From NCBI RefSeq assembly GCF_011386835.1, contig NC_088815.1:14074001-14138000 (forward strand): DNA of 64,000 nt. The letters run 5' to 3'. The position numbers and the translations under genes were made by a program. This stretch comes from Chrysemys picta bellii. Lineage: Eukaryota. The notes under the pieces were generated by a model. The model did not search any database. It saw only the letters and a list, made by a program, of their open reading frames with translations, and was not told the DNA's origin. Shown here one piece after another: positions 1-12,489 of the stretch. Numbering within the stretch: the stretch's first letter is position 1; each line of letters starts with the position of its first letter.

Positions 1-863
1 AGCCCCAGACCAGCTACAGCAAGGGCCGGTGCTGCTTAACCTGGATCTGCAGAGACTATGCTTGGGAAGGGGGGGGGGGGCTGCCAATGTTCCTGTGATT
101 AGCGTAATAGCTTGGGAGCTGTGGGTTCAATTCCCTGCTCCGGCACAGACTTTGGCTAAGTCGTCTGGGGAATGTCTGGGCTGGTTCGTGCCTGCTGGCT
201 CAGGTGAAGGGGCTTTTCAGCGGTGGTGCAGACGTTCGGGCTGGTGCCTGGGCTCTAGGACCCTGCAATGGGGGAGCCTGAACCATCTACATTGCAAATA
301 AAGAGCCCCTTAGCCCAGGTCAGCTGGCAAAGGCCAGGGTGGGTGTCTAATTGCAACAGAGACAGACCCGTAGCCTCTCTATGCCTTAGTTTCCCCATCT
401 ATAGAATGTGGACAAAAGCACTTCCACAGAGGGGGGTGAGGCGCAGGGTCATATAAGAACCTAAGATGGAGAGACAGGGGAGCTTGAGGCTCTGAGTAGA
501 GCCAATCTCGGTGCTGGTTTTTATGAGAAGTTAAAGAAAAACAGTCTGGGTTTTGTTCTACACTCAAAGGAGAGAAAATTGCGTCTTTAAGGCCTGAGCG
601 TGGTGCAGCCCCTGAGGGCGCAGGAGGGTACGGCCGTGCTCTGGGCGTCAGAACCGCTGCAGGAGCTGATAACCCCGTGGGCACCCAAAAGGAGCTGACA
701 TTTTTCCAACAAAACTTTTTTTTTTCTTTGCTCCAAAATCGACCTTTGTTAGAAAACAAACATTTTCAACAGAAACCCAAAAACAAACCATAAAATAGGG
801 TTTTGTGGCTTTGAGTTCTCCTTTTTCGGGGGGGGAAGCCCAAGACCAAGAAACTGAATATAT

Positions 864-956
864 AAGGAACAGGAGAACTTGTGGCACCTTAGAGACTAAA
901 AGTATTCCTGTTCTTTTTGCGGCTACAGACTAACACGGCTGCTACTCTGAAACCTG
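864..956. mobile_element. Short remnant of a Penelope-like element terminus
   Basis: Contains 'cttgtggcaccttagagactaa' and 'cctgttctttttgcggctacagactaacacggctgctactctgaaacctg', the same motifs as the longer copy at 23546-23784. Confidence 0.6.
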
Positions 957-1748
957 AACATATAAGAATTTTCACGGAAACTTTTGAATCAGCGTTTCTA
1001 TCGAAAAGCCGCAAAATGAAAAGCACCTTGGCTTTTTACAAAAAATAATTCCATTTTCCAATTCTCTGCCTAGCTAATGAGCAATAGAGAAGTGTTAAGA
1101 AACTCCTCCAGTGAGCATGGTAAGAATGGAGAAATGATAGAGGAGTAATTTCACCCACCACCATTGAAATGCTGCCACCTCTGGGGTGGAGCATGACAGA
1201 TGTTTAACAATCCACAGCACCCTCAAGAAGAGCTCGCTCTTAAAATTCTGAATTTCCCCTGCTTAGTGGTATCACGTCTATGAGTATTACAGTTAAGCCC
1301 TATGGAGAGGATGCTCGGTAGTGTGGTCCCAGGTTCCCCACGCTAATAAAACAAACATTTGCAGCGCCCCAGTCAGGGGATGAGAATATTTGGAGATGAA
1401 ATTTGAATCGGTCACTTTCCTGCTTGCAAAAGAACCTTTGTGCCTCAGTGGATCGTATCGCCCTGGTCAGCCCCTGAGCAGAAAGGAGAGATGGACGGAT
1501 GGGCTGGGCATGGTGGGATTCCACTGAATTACCCTGGGGGTGAATTTGGCTCTGAAATCAGCATTGTGTTTGTTATTTCTTGACTTGCTCTCTCTGTTCT
1601 TTGTGGGGGGATAGACAGCCAGTCTAGGGATGGCTAGATAGAAAAACACGCTAGGTTCTAGGGTGGTGAGAGAGACGCACACTAGGAGGGAGGGATGGAA
1701 GGACAGACAGCTCGGGCACGGGGGCACGGTTCTCCGAGGCAGGCCTAC

Positions 1749-2129
1749 CAGGTCGGCGTTGCAGGTCCGCAGGGTGGCGTTGCATTTCTCCAACTCTTTC
1801 TGGGTTGCCGTCACCTGCTGGACGCAGCCGAGCTTCTCCTTGCTGGTGGCGTTGAGTTGCTGGGTGAGGTTTTTGTTCTTGGCGTTGAGCAGCGTCATCT
1901 TACTGTAGAGCTCCTGGACCTGCTCCTCCAGGTGCCGCAGGTGGGTGTCGGTGCCGGCGTGGGCGTTGCCGTAGAGCATGAAGAGAACCAGCCCCAAGAT
2001 GATGAGGAACTGGATGACCGAGGTGAATAGGAAGATGTATTTCATGTAGAAGCCACAGTCCCGCTTGGGGTTCAGGTTGTCCCTGGACTCCAGGCCGAAC
2101 TTGGCCATGGCGTAGGCGTTCTTGTCCAT
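1749..2129 (-). CDS. PLVAP: PLVAP (PV-1) coding exon 1, 127 aa: short cytoplasmic tail, type II TM, start of coiled coil; later exons lie outside the window
   Basis: MDKNAYAMAKFGLESRD...KRDCGFYMKYIFLFTSVIQFLIILGLVLFMLYGN matches the recognisable PLVAP N-terminus (human: ...RGCWYYLRYFFLFVSLIQFLIILGLVLFMVYGN). Good Kozak (gcaacATGG); phase-0 donor ctg|gtaggc at 1748. Confidence 0.93.
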
Positions 2130-2229
2130 GTTGCAGGCTCACTGCTGCCGCCCGGCTCTCTGGCCCCGCTTTCAGTGGCAGTGGCGGTGGGGCGGGGCGC
2201 GTCCGCCCCTTATCCCCTCCAGCCGAGTG

Positions 2230-2235
2230 TTTATA
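2230..2235 (-). promoter_or_regulatory. Candidate TATA box of PLVAP
   Basis: TATAAA on the minus strand ~100 bp upstream of the ATG, next to GGGCGG boxes. Confidence 0.4.
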
Positions 2236-4731
2236 TTGCTCTATTTAATATTTCCTCCTGCCTGGCTCCTTCCTGCCTCTCCGGATGCACTGGCACAACA
2301 CGGCTGCCGTTTCCACACGGGCTATTGTTCCCAGCCTGTCATGGACAGGGGCGAAACTCCCCGCGCCTCCCGCCCAGCTTTACTTGTGTGTCTCCAACTG
2401 ACGTCCCAGCTGCTACTTCGGAGCAGGGTTGTGTGTGCGCGAGGGGGATGCTCCCTGCGACGGGCTCACAGGGCCTGATCTAAGGCTCTGTGAAATCGAT
2501 GGACAATCTCCTGACCGAATCCATCCCAGCAGGCTGAGGTCTCCACAGGAAACAGCCTGGTTCTGATTCCAGCCAGCTCCACTCCTTATGGGAAATGTCA
2601 GAAACCGCTGCTTCCTATCCGACTTACTGGAGAACGAGAGCCCTCTACCCACGCTTTCAGCCAGCCCGTAGAGTGTAATTAACAGAGGGTTATTCCCCCA
2701 CTGCAGGGTATAGGAAAGATCTCCTCCTGCGTTAGCTTCGATGGGGTTTTTCCATTGGGGGCACTTGCACTAGACTGAGCAATGGGGATCTCCTGAGTCA
2801 GTGACCCTTGGTGGTGCATGGCAGGGCTCAGAACAGATGTTGTGTGACTGCCAGTGCGTGACTCACCCCCTCGGCATCACTGGGGCTACTCACATGGTGA
2901 ATTACGCATGTACCTAAGTGCTTTGCTGGACCGGGATCAATGTCAACAGGGGGGCTGTTCTAGTTAGAGCCAGCCATCCAGTCCCATATCCTGTCTCTAC
3001 CAATTGCTTCAGAGGAAGGGCCAAGAAAGCCCCTAATGGACAGTTATGGAATAACCTGCTCTTGGGGGAAAATTCCCTCCTGACCCCACTTGCTCAGTGG
3101 TTTGTTTATGCCCTGAAGCAGGTGGGTTTTTGGCCCTTCTAATGGTTTTTATCCTCTGGAAAGTAGTTCTGGTTGATCTCATGATGCATAGAAATCTCTC
3201 TTTTTAACAATCCTGCTCTGCTCTTTTGCTCTCCGTACTACCTAGTGGCAGAGAGTTCCACAGGCCAATTATGCCTGAGTTGCTCCTGGATTATTTAAAA
3301 TCTGCTGCTTTACACTTTCATTGCACAATAATCGCAGCTAGAGTCAAGGTCCTTCGTTATCACGTGGGGTTTCTTTGGTCTCTTCCTAGGGCCTGTCTAT
3401 GCGGCGAGTAACTGAATCTCCAGGGCCCCAGTTGGCTGCACAGTAACATCTCGTGTGGACACTGCTACAGCACAGTGACGGTCCCAGAAAGCTGCAGATT
3501 CACACCCTGGCTTGCTGAGCAGGAACTCACGTGTAGAGAAGCCCCTAAGCATCTTCCCTTATTATTACGTCAGTGACTAGAGGCCGCGACTGAGCTTAGG
3601 GGTCCCACTGTGCCTGGTGCTGCACCGCCGTGTAGTGAGAGAGAGTCCCTGCCCCAAGGAACTTATACTGTTAAAAGACAAAAGGCAGGAGGAAGAGAAA
3701 CTGAGTGGGGAAGTGACTTGCCCAAAGTCACAGAGCAGAGCCAGGAATAGAACACAGGTTTCCTGAGTCCCAGTGCACTAGCCACTAGGCCATGCTGTCT
3801 TGCAGAATGCTGTCTTCTTCCTTATTAACTAAATGGTAATTGTTCTCTAGCCAGTGACTGGATTGTCCAGTGACGCCAGTGCAAAGTGACTGGAGTACAG
3901 GGTGGCCGTCCCGTTAGTTTTCAGAGGAATGGTTTGGTGCTGGTCAGATTAGCCATGGGATGCAGGGACCGGCGGCAGGGTGGAAGCGAAGTGTCTGTGC
4001 GTAGCCAATTTTCGGAACGCGTGTGGCTGATTCCCCCAGTCCCACAGCTGGGACCGGTGGCGGCGTCTCTCGCAGTGGGAGCTGCCGCTCTCCGGATACT
4101 CCCCCAGATCTGGCACCTGCTGGGATGTAGGTTGGGAGAGGCCCAGGAAATGCTGCTGCCCCCCATTCAGGGTAGCGGATCAGAGGGGATGTAAAACCAG
4201 TCCCAAGCGCTGAGCAGGGCAGCGGTGGCACTAAGGCTCCCTTAGCCAGATGGTAAAAGTAGATGTGACGGCAGTGGACGTCTCTGATTGCCCAGCCAGT
4301 CTGTCCAGGAGCTGCATTGCCTGTCTCCCACCTGCGGCTGATGGGACACCAGTGGAAACCTGCCAGGGTTGGCGTTTCGTTCCGAGAAACCTAGGCCCGA
4401 TTTCTGCAGAGCCGGGCTGGGAATGGGCTCACGTTTTCACATCCCCCGGAGCCAGTCTGTGGCTCTTGCGCTTTCAGCACAACATCTTGCAGCAAAGCAG
4501 GAGGAACGCAGCAATCAGACACGCGCCACTGGCCCGGGTCCAGCTGCAGGGCTAGAAAACTGTAGTGTAGACGTCCAGGCTCAGGCTGGAGCTGGGGCTC
4601 TGGGAGGGTCCCACAGGACCCCTGCTATCAGAATGGTGGCACTTCCCTGGGGTGGTGATGTTTCTCCCCCTTCCCATTCCAGGAGTAGATGCCCCTCGAG
4701 CCAGGACCACTGCAAACGGCGGCACAGCCCC

Positions 4732-5189
4732 TGTCACGGAGTATTGGGGGTCTCAGGGCCCTGCACCCCCGGCTTGCTGCGATTCACCATGACTCTCAGC
4801 CAGCCAGTAAAGCAGAAGGTTTATTTGGATGACAGGAATACAATCCAAGACAGGTCTTGCAGGCACAGACAACAGGGCCCCCCTCAGTTAGGTCCATCTT
4901 GGGGTCCCAGGGCATCCCAGCCCCCCTTGGGAGGTCAGAGCAATCTCTGCCTCCCAGCCATCTCACCAGCCAGCTTCCAACACTCTGCCTTCAGCGACCC
5001 CTCCCACAGCCTTTGTTCAGTTTCCCGGGCCAAGGTGTCACCTGGCCTCCAACCCCTTCCTGGGTTCTCATGTTACATGCTCAGGTATTCTCCTTCGGGC
5101 AATCTCCCACCCCCCAATGCAGACTATCCTAGCCACACTCCCCTGTCAGCATTCACAGACCACAGTAAGAACAGTCCCAGTTCGTCACA
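4732..5189. mobile_element. Solo LTR (458 bp), probably Gypsy-type
   Basis: TGTCAC...GTCACA termini flanked by a perfect 5-bp TSD GCCCC (4727-4731, 5190-5194). Confidence 0.8.
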
Positions 5190-5545
5190 GCCCCAAGCCA
5201 AGCAAGCCGCCCCAGGCCTCGTTGCCGGGATGAACTCTACGGCCTGCGTCCCTTGTGGGCACGGAAAGGAGCTGGGAGCCTGGTTTTGTGGCTGAGACAT
5301 GGGTGAGGCAGGAGGTGAGGGGGGGTAGCAGGAGGGGCTGAGCGGCTGAGGATGGGGCAGGAAGGGGGCTTTCGGTGCGATGAGGCACCTGGGACCGGCC
5401 AAGGAAGCAGCACCATTTGCGTTAAATACGCAGGGACCCGGCTTGGCTCTGTACAGAGCATCCCCCCTGCAGACTGTGCCCAGAGGTGACGTGAGAGCAG
5501 ATTGCAGTGCAGGAGGCTTAAGCCAGGGGGAAGGGGATGTTTGCA

Positions 5546-6365
5546 TAGGGTTACCATACGTCCGGTTTTTCCCGGACATGTCCGGCTTTTCGGCACTCAA
5601 ACCCCCATCCGGGGGGAATTGCCAAAAAGCCGAACATGTCCAGGAAAATGCCGGCCGGGCACTTCCCCTCCCGTGGTAGCTCTGCTCCTCCCCGGATTCT
5701 TCGGCTCTGTTTAAGAGCCGAGCTGCCCGAGTGCTATGGGCTTCAGGCAGCCCCCTTGCCTCCGGACCCCAGCCGCCGGCCGGGCACTTCCCCTCCCGGG
5801 CTCCGGCAGCGCAGGGTCCGGAGGCATGGGGGCTGCCCGAAGCCGGTAGTGCTGGGGCAGCTTGGCTCTTAAACAGAGCCGAAGAGTCAGGGGAGGAGCA
5901 GAGCCTCCGGCCGCGGCGGCTCTGCTCCTCCCCTGACTCTTCGGCTCTGTTTAAGAGCCGAGCGCTACGGGCTTTGGGCAGCCCCCATACCTCCGGACCC
6001 TGCGCCGCCGGAGCCCGGGAAGGGAAGTGCCCGGCTGGGGGCGCAGGGTCCAGAGGCAAGGGGGCTGCCCGAAGCCCAAGTGCTACCGGCTTCACGGTTT
6101 GCTGGGCAGCCCCCAGACCCTGCGCCCCCGGCTGGGCGCTTCCCCTCCCAGGCTCCAGCTGCGCTGGGGAAGCGCAGGGTCTGGGGGCTGCCCGGCAAAC
6201 CGTGAAGCTGGTAGTGCTCGGGCAGCCCTTTCTGCGTGGCTGGGAATGGGAGGGAGGAGGGGGCGGAGTTAGGGCGGAGTTGGGGCAGGGCTGGGGTGGG
6301 GAAATGGGCAGGGCCAGGGCCCGTGGAGGGTCCTCTTTTTTTATTTGCTAAATATGGTAACCCTA
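5546..6365. mobile_element. Non-autonomous hAT-type DNA transposon (TAGGGTTACCATA TIR family)
   Basis: TIRs tagggttaccata / tatggtaacccta; perfect 8-bp TSD TGTTTGCA (5538-5545, 6366-6373); interior made of direct and inverted GC-rich modules. Confidence 0.88.
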
Positions 6366-6779
6366 TGTTTGCAGCTGGGATTTGAGGGGGGATGTGGACA
6401 GTCGGGGGGGGGGGGGCAGAGAGGTTCGGGGAGTCTGGCTGCCCCACACAGCAGGAGATGTAGAGGAGGCAGTTTGTGACCCCGCAATGGGGAGGTCATA
6501 TGGGGAGCTCGGCGGAGGGAGGGGGAAGGCGTGGACGGAGCGAAGGAGTGGGAACTGGAGGGCTCCGTGGTTCCAGGAAGGTCGGGATGCCGGCGTCCAG
6601 CCGCAGTGCGGGGAGGCTGGAGGGAAGGAACGGGGCAGGGTACGACTGCACCGCATGCTCAGCCCAGACAGGGGTGCTGTGGGCAGGGCCACCCGGGGGG
6701 CGGGGGGAGGTCAAGTGGGGCAATTTGCCCCGGGCCCCACAGGGGCCCCACGAGTCCTGGCCGAGAATCCCTTTCCTGG

Positions 6780-8138
6780 TGTTAGCCAAATGGGCTCTGT
6801 CATAACTATAAAGAGAAGGGTAACAGCTCTCCTGTGTACAGTGCCATAAAATCCCTCCTGGCCAGAGACTCCAAAATCCTTTTACCTGTAAAGGGTTAAG
6901 AAGCTCAGGTAACCTGGCTGGCACATGACCCAAAGGACCAATAAGGGGACAAGATACTTTCAAATCTTGGGGGGGGGGGGGGGGGAGGCTTTTGTTTGTG
7001 CTCTTTGTTTGGGAGTTCGTTTGCTCTTGGGACTGAGAGGGACCAGACATCAATCCAGGTTCTCCACATCTTTCTAAACAAGTCTCCCCTATTTCAAACT
7101 TGTAAGTAAATAGCCAGGCAAGGCGTCTTAGTTTTACTTTGTTTTCTCAACTTGTAAATGTACCTTTTACTAGAGTGTTTATCTTTGTTTGCTGTACTTT
7201 GAACCTAAGACTAGAGGGGAGTTCTCTGAGCTCTTTAAGTTTGATTATCCTGTAAAGTTATTTTCCATCCTGATTTTACAGAGATGATTTTTACCTTTTT
7301 CTTTAATTAAAAGCCTTCTTTTTAAGAACCTGATTGATTTTTCCTTGTTTTTAGATCCAAGGGGGTTGGATCTGTATTCACCAGGAGTTGGTGGGAGGAA
7401 GGAGGGGAATGGTTAATTTCTCCTTGTTTTAAGATCCAAGGCGTTTGGATCTGTATTCACCAGGGAATTGGTGAAGGTCTCTCAAGGCTTCCCAGAGAAG
7501 GGAATTAGCTTTGGGATGGTGGCAGTGGACCAGAACTAAGCTGGTAGTTAAGCTTAGAAGTCTTCATGTGCAGGCTCCCACATTTGTACCCTAAAGTTCA
7601 AAGTGGGGATAGGCTCGTTTCTCCCTGGAGCTGCCCAATTACCCCAAGGAGGCACGGGAGTCTAGAAGACGGCTTTCACTTTTTATTGACCAGTCAGCTG
7701 AGTGGGTGCTCTCCTCGGCTAATGCCAGAGAGAGAGCCCCCTTATAAGCGCAGAGCAAACCTTTTTATACCTAGCAACAAACAACTTAGCATGCATACCT
7801 GATACGTGTATGTGGAAGGGACATTTCAAAAGGCCTTGTATGCAGATTGAGAGAGAGGCAAAGGAATGGATACATAACAGGCTGCGGTTCATCTGCTTGA
7901 ACTCATCACTTCTTTCCATAGCGCACACACCCCGCCCCCCCCGCACTCCACTCTGGGGCATATGTTAGACTGAAATAGCAGTGTCTGTCTGTCTCACCTA
8001 GGCTGGTGGTTTGGCCGCCTTGTGTTATCACATAATCTTGCTGCACAGAGGGCTGCAGCGGGTGTTTTGCAGAAGCAGCCGTTGCTCCTGATATAGCAGC
8101 TGGGCTTATAGGCAAATAGTTGACCTGTTGCTCTAACA
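6780..8138 (-). repeat. ERV-A 3' LTR, interrupted by an 814-bp solo LTR
   Basis: 6780-6797 plus 7617-8138 align with the 5' LTR at 14565-15109. Confidence 0.9.
6798..7611. mobile_element. Solo LTR (814 bp, Gypsy-like) inserted in the ERV-A 3' LTR
   Basis: Starts TGTCATAAC; 5-bp TSD GGCTC (6793-6797, 7612-7616); removing it restores the ERV-A LTR. It ends in ...GATA rather than the canonical CA. Confidence 0.8.
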
Positions 8139-8171
8139 GGATTCTCCCCCCTTAAAAGCATTTTGAGAGCT

Positions 8172-8801
8172 TTATGGCCCCCAATCCTCAGCCTTCACCG
8201 GCTGGTACAGTGCCATCATTTGTTGGTATACAATTTGATTAGTCATTCGTCGGACTAACGCAACTAAACAGGGAGCAAAACAAGCTAGGATTAATAGGGT
8301 TATAATAAAGAGTACAAAGAGGAGGAAGCCTTTTCGAAGCCATCCTAGTTGCGGTAACCAGGAAGTAAACCAATCCATATTCCACCCTCCCCAGGTCTGA
8401 ACTGGGACATGGGCTAACTTTCTCATTTCCTTTGTTAGCTGTTTTACCGCTTTTCCATTATCATTGATTTGTAAACAGCAATTAGACTCATTTAATTTTG
8501 CACAAACCCCTCCTTCCTCCGCCAATAAATAATCAAGGACTATATGGTGCTGATAGATTGCATTCCTCATTTGGGTTGATTGATCGGCCAAAAGGTCGAG
8601 AGCCACGGTTGTTTGGTTGGTTAAGATCTCCAAGACAGCCTGTAACCTAATTATTCGATTTAGGTTATAAATAGGTTCTCTGGTTGTTCAAAATATAAAT
8701 AAGTACCTGGCCCTAAAGGTCCCCCCCAGTTGTAAAAACCTATTTTCCCAACCATAATAGTGATGGAAGTACATAAACAGAAATAGTAACAATAATTTCA
8801 T
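8172..8801 (-). pseudogene. env: ERV-A env remnant: signal peptide fused in frame to the TM subunit (SU deleted), one TGA at 8690-8688
   Basis: ATG at 8801 overlaps the pol stop (TAATG). Reads MKLLLLFLFMYF...[28 protein letters not shown]...[27 protein letters not shown] (ISD-like, CX6CC)...[20 protein letters not shown]. Confidence 0.88.
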
Positions 8802-11800
8802 TATCTTATTCTAAACAGTCCCTTTAGTCCGTCCAGCTGCTGATACTCCCAGGTGGAGTCTTCACCTGTGCCACCCCGGGCGTGCGGAGCCGGGGCGGGC
8901 AGAGGGCTGGTGTCCTCTTCCGCTGGTTCAGTCTCCAGGTTAGGGTTCAGAAACCATTTTACCCGCGTATGGTGCGTCCATTTGTCACTCCCAAGAACTT
9001 TAACTGCAGCTTGACTGATGAGCGAGATAGTGTACGGGTCGTCCCACCGTGGTGTAAGGGGGTCGCGCTTCCACTTCTTGATAAGGACCTGATCACCGAT
9101 CTGGAACGGGTGCACGGGCTGGCCCAAGGGAAGGGCCTGAAAAGGCACCGCGTATCGATGCAGCTGTAACAAAACAGATTGCAGCCCAGAGACCTGTTTC
9201 CATAAGGAGTCCTTCCCCATTTCCCAGTTTACATCCTCCCGGAACCCCGGGATAAGGATTCGGGGAGGGAACCCGAAAACTAGTTCAAATGGTGAGAGCT
9301 TAAGACCCTTACGCGGGGCCCTTCGAATGCGGGTAAGGGTGAGCGGCAGCGCATCAAGCCACTTTAAACTAGACTCTGCATAGTTTAGTGAGGGTATCCT
9401 TGAGAGTTCTATTCATTCTTTCCACCTGACCCGAGCTTTGCGGCCTCCAGGGTGTATGCAACTTCCATTGTATACCGAGTGCCTGGGACACCTGTTGGAC
9501 CACTTGTGAGGTAAAGTGGCTTCCCTGATCAGACTCAATTGTTTCGGGGAGGTGGAATCGGGGAAGTATTTCATGCAACAGGGCCTTAGTAACAGCCCAG
9601 GCCTGACAGCGCCGGGTGGGGTAACACTCTACCCATCCAGTAAGCTGATCCACAAATACGAGAAAGTATTTATAACCCCTGCAAGGGGGCATTTCTGCAA
9701 AGTCAACTTTCCACTTCTGGAAAGGGTATGTGGCCCATGGCCGGCCTCCCATTGGGGCAGGAGGGCCACACCCCTTTTGGTTGGTTCGTTGACAAACAGG
9801 GCAATTACTAACAATTCTCTGGGCTTCCATGTGTATGCCCAGCCCTTTAAGGGATCGGGTGGCCAAATCAACCATTGCCCCCGACCCCATATGTCCCTCC
9901 TTATGGATGTGCCGAAGAATTTCCTGAAGCACTGGTCGGGGGACAAAAATCTCCGCCCCCCCCCCCGGTAATTTCCACCATCCAGAGGGAACCTGCCGGG
10001 CCCCCGCAGCCTGCACGTGGCACACTTCCTCAGCTGTGTATTGGGGAGGGGGGTTTTTAACTTCTGTATCTTGAACCAAGAGGAGCCATGAGGCCCCTTC
10101 CCGTGTGGCCTGATCAGCCAATTGATTATATCTACGTTGTTCGGCCTCCGGGGCCCTTCCATGGGCCCGCACATGTATTACGGCAACTCGGAGGGGAAAC
10201 ATCAGGGCCTCAAGAAGTGTTTTGATGAGACTCCCATGTGTGATTCTTTGGCCTGACGCTGTGATAAATCCCCTCTCTCTCCACAGGGTCCCGTGAGCAT
10301 GTACCACCATGTAGGCATAGCGACTATCAGTATACAGGTTAATAGTTTTCCCGGTCCCCAACCGGAGAGCCTCAATAAGAGCCACTAGTTCCGCCGCTTG
10401 GGCGGACAAATTAGGGCTAAGTTTAAACTTGTGTACTCCTTTGTCCTTAATTACTACTGCTGCTCCGGTATACCGCTTGCCATCTATCACATAGCTGGAC
10501 CCGTCAACGTACCCCCTCAATTTCAGGGTCGGGCCAAGGCAAGTCCAAGAGATCAGGGCGGGGTTTGGTTTCCTGTTGCAAGACTTCAATACAGTCATGA
10601 GTGGGGCTGGTCTCACAGGAAACCCGAGGGTTGGGCAATAGGGTAGCTGGGTTGAGGGAGCTAACTGTCCTAAAGGTTAAGTTAGGGGCTAGCAAGAGCC
10701 CTACTTCATATCTGGTATGTCGGCTGGGATTTAGATGCTTTTCCCCAGCACCTGTCCCCAGTATCTGAGGCACCCCGTGGGGGACCACAACCTCAGTGTC
10801 CGCCCCCACCTCCCCCCCAGGGTCAACTTTTCAGCCTCCTGAACAAGGAGAGTGGTTGCTCCAACGGCCCGTAAGCAGGCAGGCCACCCTTTGGCGACAG
10901 GGTCCAACACCTTTGAGTAGTATCCAATGGGTCGCCAGGTTGGTCCTGACCTTTGGCACAGAACTCCAGCAGCCACCCCTCCCCTCTCATGAACGTATAG
11001 GGTGAATGGTCTCCGGGGGTCTGGGAGGGCTAGAGCGGGAGGCTGAACCAAGGCTTCTTTTAGCTCTCGAAATGCTTTTCCCATCTCTCTGGTCCACGTC
11101 CAATGGAGCAGACCTTCTTTAGTTAAGGATTCATACAGTGGTTTGGCTCTTCCCCCGTAGTCAGGGATACAGAGCCGACAGAAGCCAGTCAGTCCCAGAA
11201 AAGCCCTTAATTCTCGGGGGCTCCGGGGTTGGGGGCTATTAAGTATAACCTGGATTCTTTCCTTACCCAGACTATGACTTCCCTGGCACAAATGATACCC
11301 AAGGAAAGTGACCTGCTGCTTAACCAGTTGTGCTTTTTCCTTTGAGACCTTATACCCCTGTGCCCCAAGGTAATTAAGGAGCTGTATAGTTTGCTCTTTA
11401 CAGGCTGCCTCTGTCTCTGTACTTAAGAGCAAATCATCGCAATACTGGACAATGTTACTTGAAGGGTGTTTAGCCAGGAATGGGGCGAGGTCCCTTCTTA
11501 ACTGGCTGCCAAAAATCTCAGGTGCACAGGTAAGTCCCTGTGGGACAACGGTCCAAAGGTATTGAGCTTTGTAGTGGGTATTTGGGTCCTCCCACTCAAA
11601 GGCAAACAGTCTCTGAGACTCCAGATCAAGGGGGATGGAAAAGAAGGCATCTCTTAAATCTATGACAGAGAACCAACTGTGATTTTTGGGAACTTGGCCC
11701 AGAATAGTATGGGGAATCGGGACAACTGGATAGGGGGCTTCTATTAACTTGTTAATCTGTCTTAGGTCCTGGACCAACCGATACTGCCCATTAGACTTAG

Positions 11801-12489
11801 GCACCCCCATTATCGGAGTATTCTATGGGGACGTACCTTCCCTGAGCCACCCGCACTGCAGAAACTTTTGAATCAGAGGTTTTAACCCGATTCTAGTGGT
11901 CAGCTTAAGAGGGTATTGTCGAATTCGGACCGGGCTGCTTCCTTCCTTAAGGGAAATATGCACTGGGGAAGCATTCCGGGCCCGAGTGACGCCTCCCTCC
12001 TCCGCCCAAACCTCAAGGTTAACCCCTGACAGTTGGCTCCCTTCATTCCTCCCCTGGCACTCCGGGGAGTGATTTCTAGCGCTTGTCAGGGCCATCTGGT
12101 CATTGGACGATTGTTGCTTAGGAAGTCTAACTTCCATAGTCCCATTGTCGAATGAGATTTCTGCCTGCAGTTTAGTAAGGATATCTCGTCCGAGCAGCGC
12201 AATGGGACAAGAGGGGCTGCAAACAAACTGGTGGGAAATTTGACGGTCCCCTTTTTTCACTAAGAGAGGCAAAGTTTTTTTCCAAAGTTGTAGTTTGTCC
12301 CTCTATCCCTTGGACCATGGCACGTCCCCGAGCTCTACCTCGGGGAGCCTTATTAAGGGGGAGCAAACTAAGGGTGGCCCCAGTATCAATAAGGGCTTCA
12401 ATTGGGCGGCCCTCCACTTTAATTTTTACTGTGGGATCCAGGCTGGCAGCTTGCGCCGCCAGGAGGGGCCGCTGGGTCCCCCGGCCCCC
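8801..12489 (-). pseudogene. pol: ERV-A pro-pol (PR, RT, RNase H, IN) broken by several frameshifts and stops
   Basis: PR LIDTGAT (12172-12417); RT with QDLR, DLRDAFF, VPQG and YCDD (10731-11810); RNase H YVDGSS and IN HKEGH/CPVC, D,D(35)E (9369-10616); IN C-terminus 8801-9220. Confidence 0.93.

Noticed and set aside
1-1748. Search for PLVAP exon 2 within the window
   Set aside because: No minus-strand segment with a convincing acceptor, donor and coiled-coil translation was found; assumed to lie outside the window.
4369-6447. ORFs of 308, 323 and 206 aa
   Set aside because: They run across a solo LTR and a hAT MITE; low-complexity translations with no recognisable motif.
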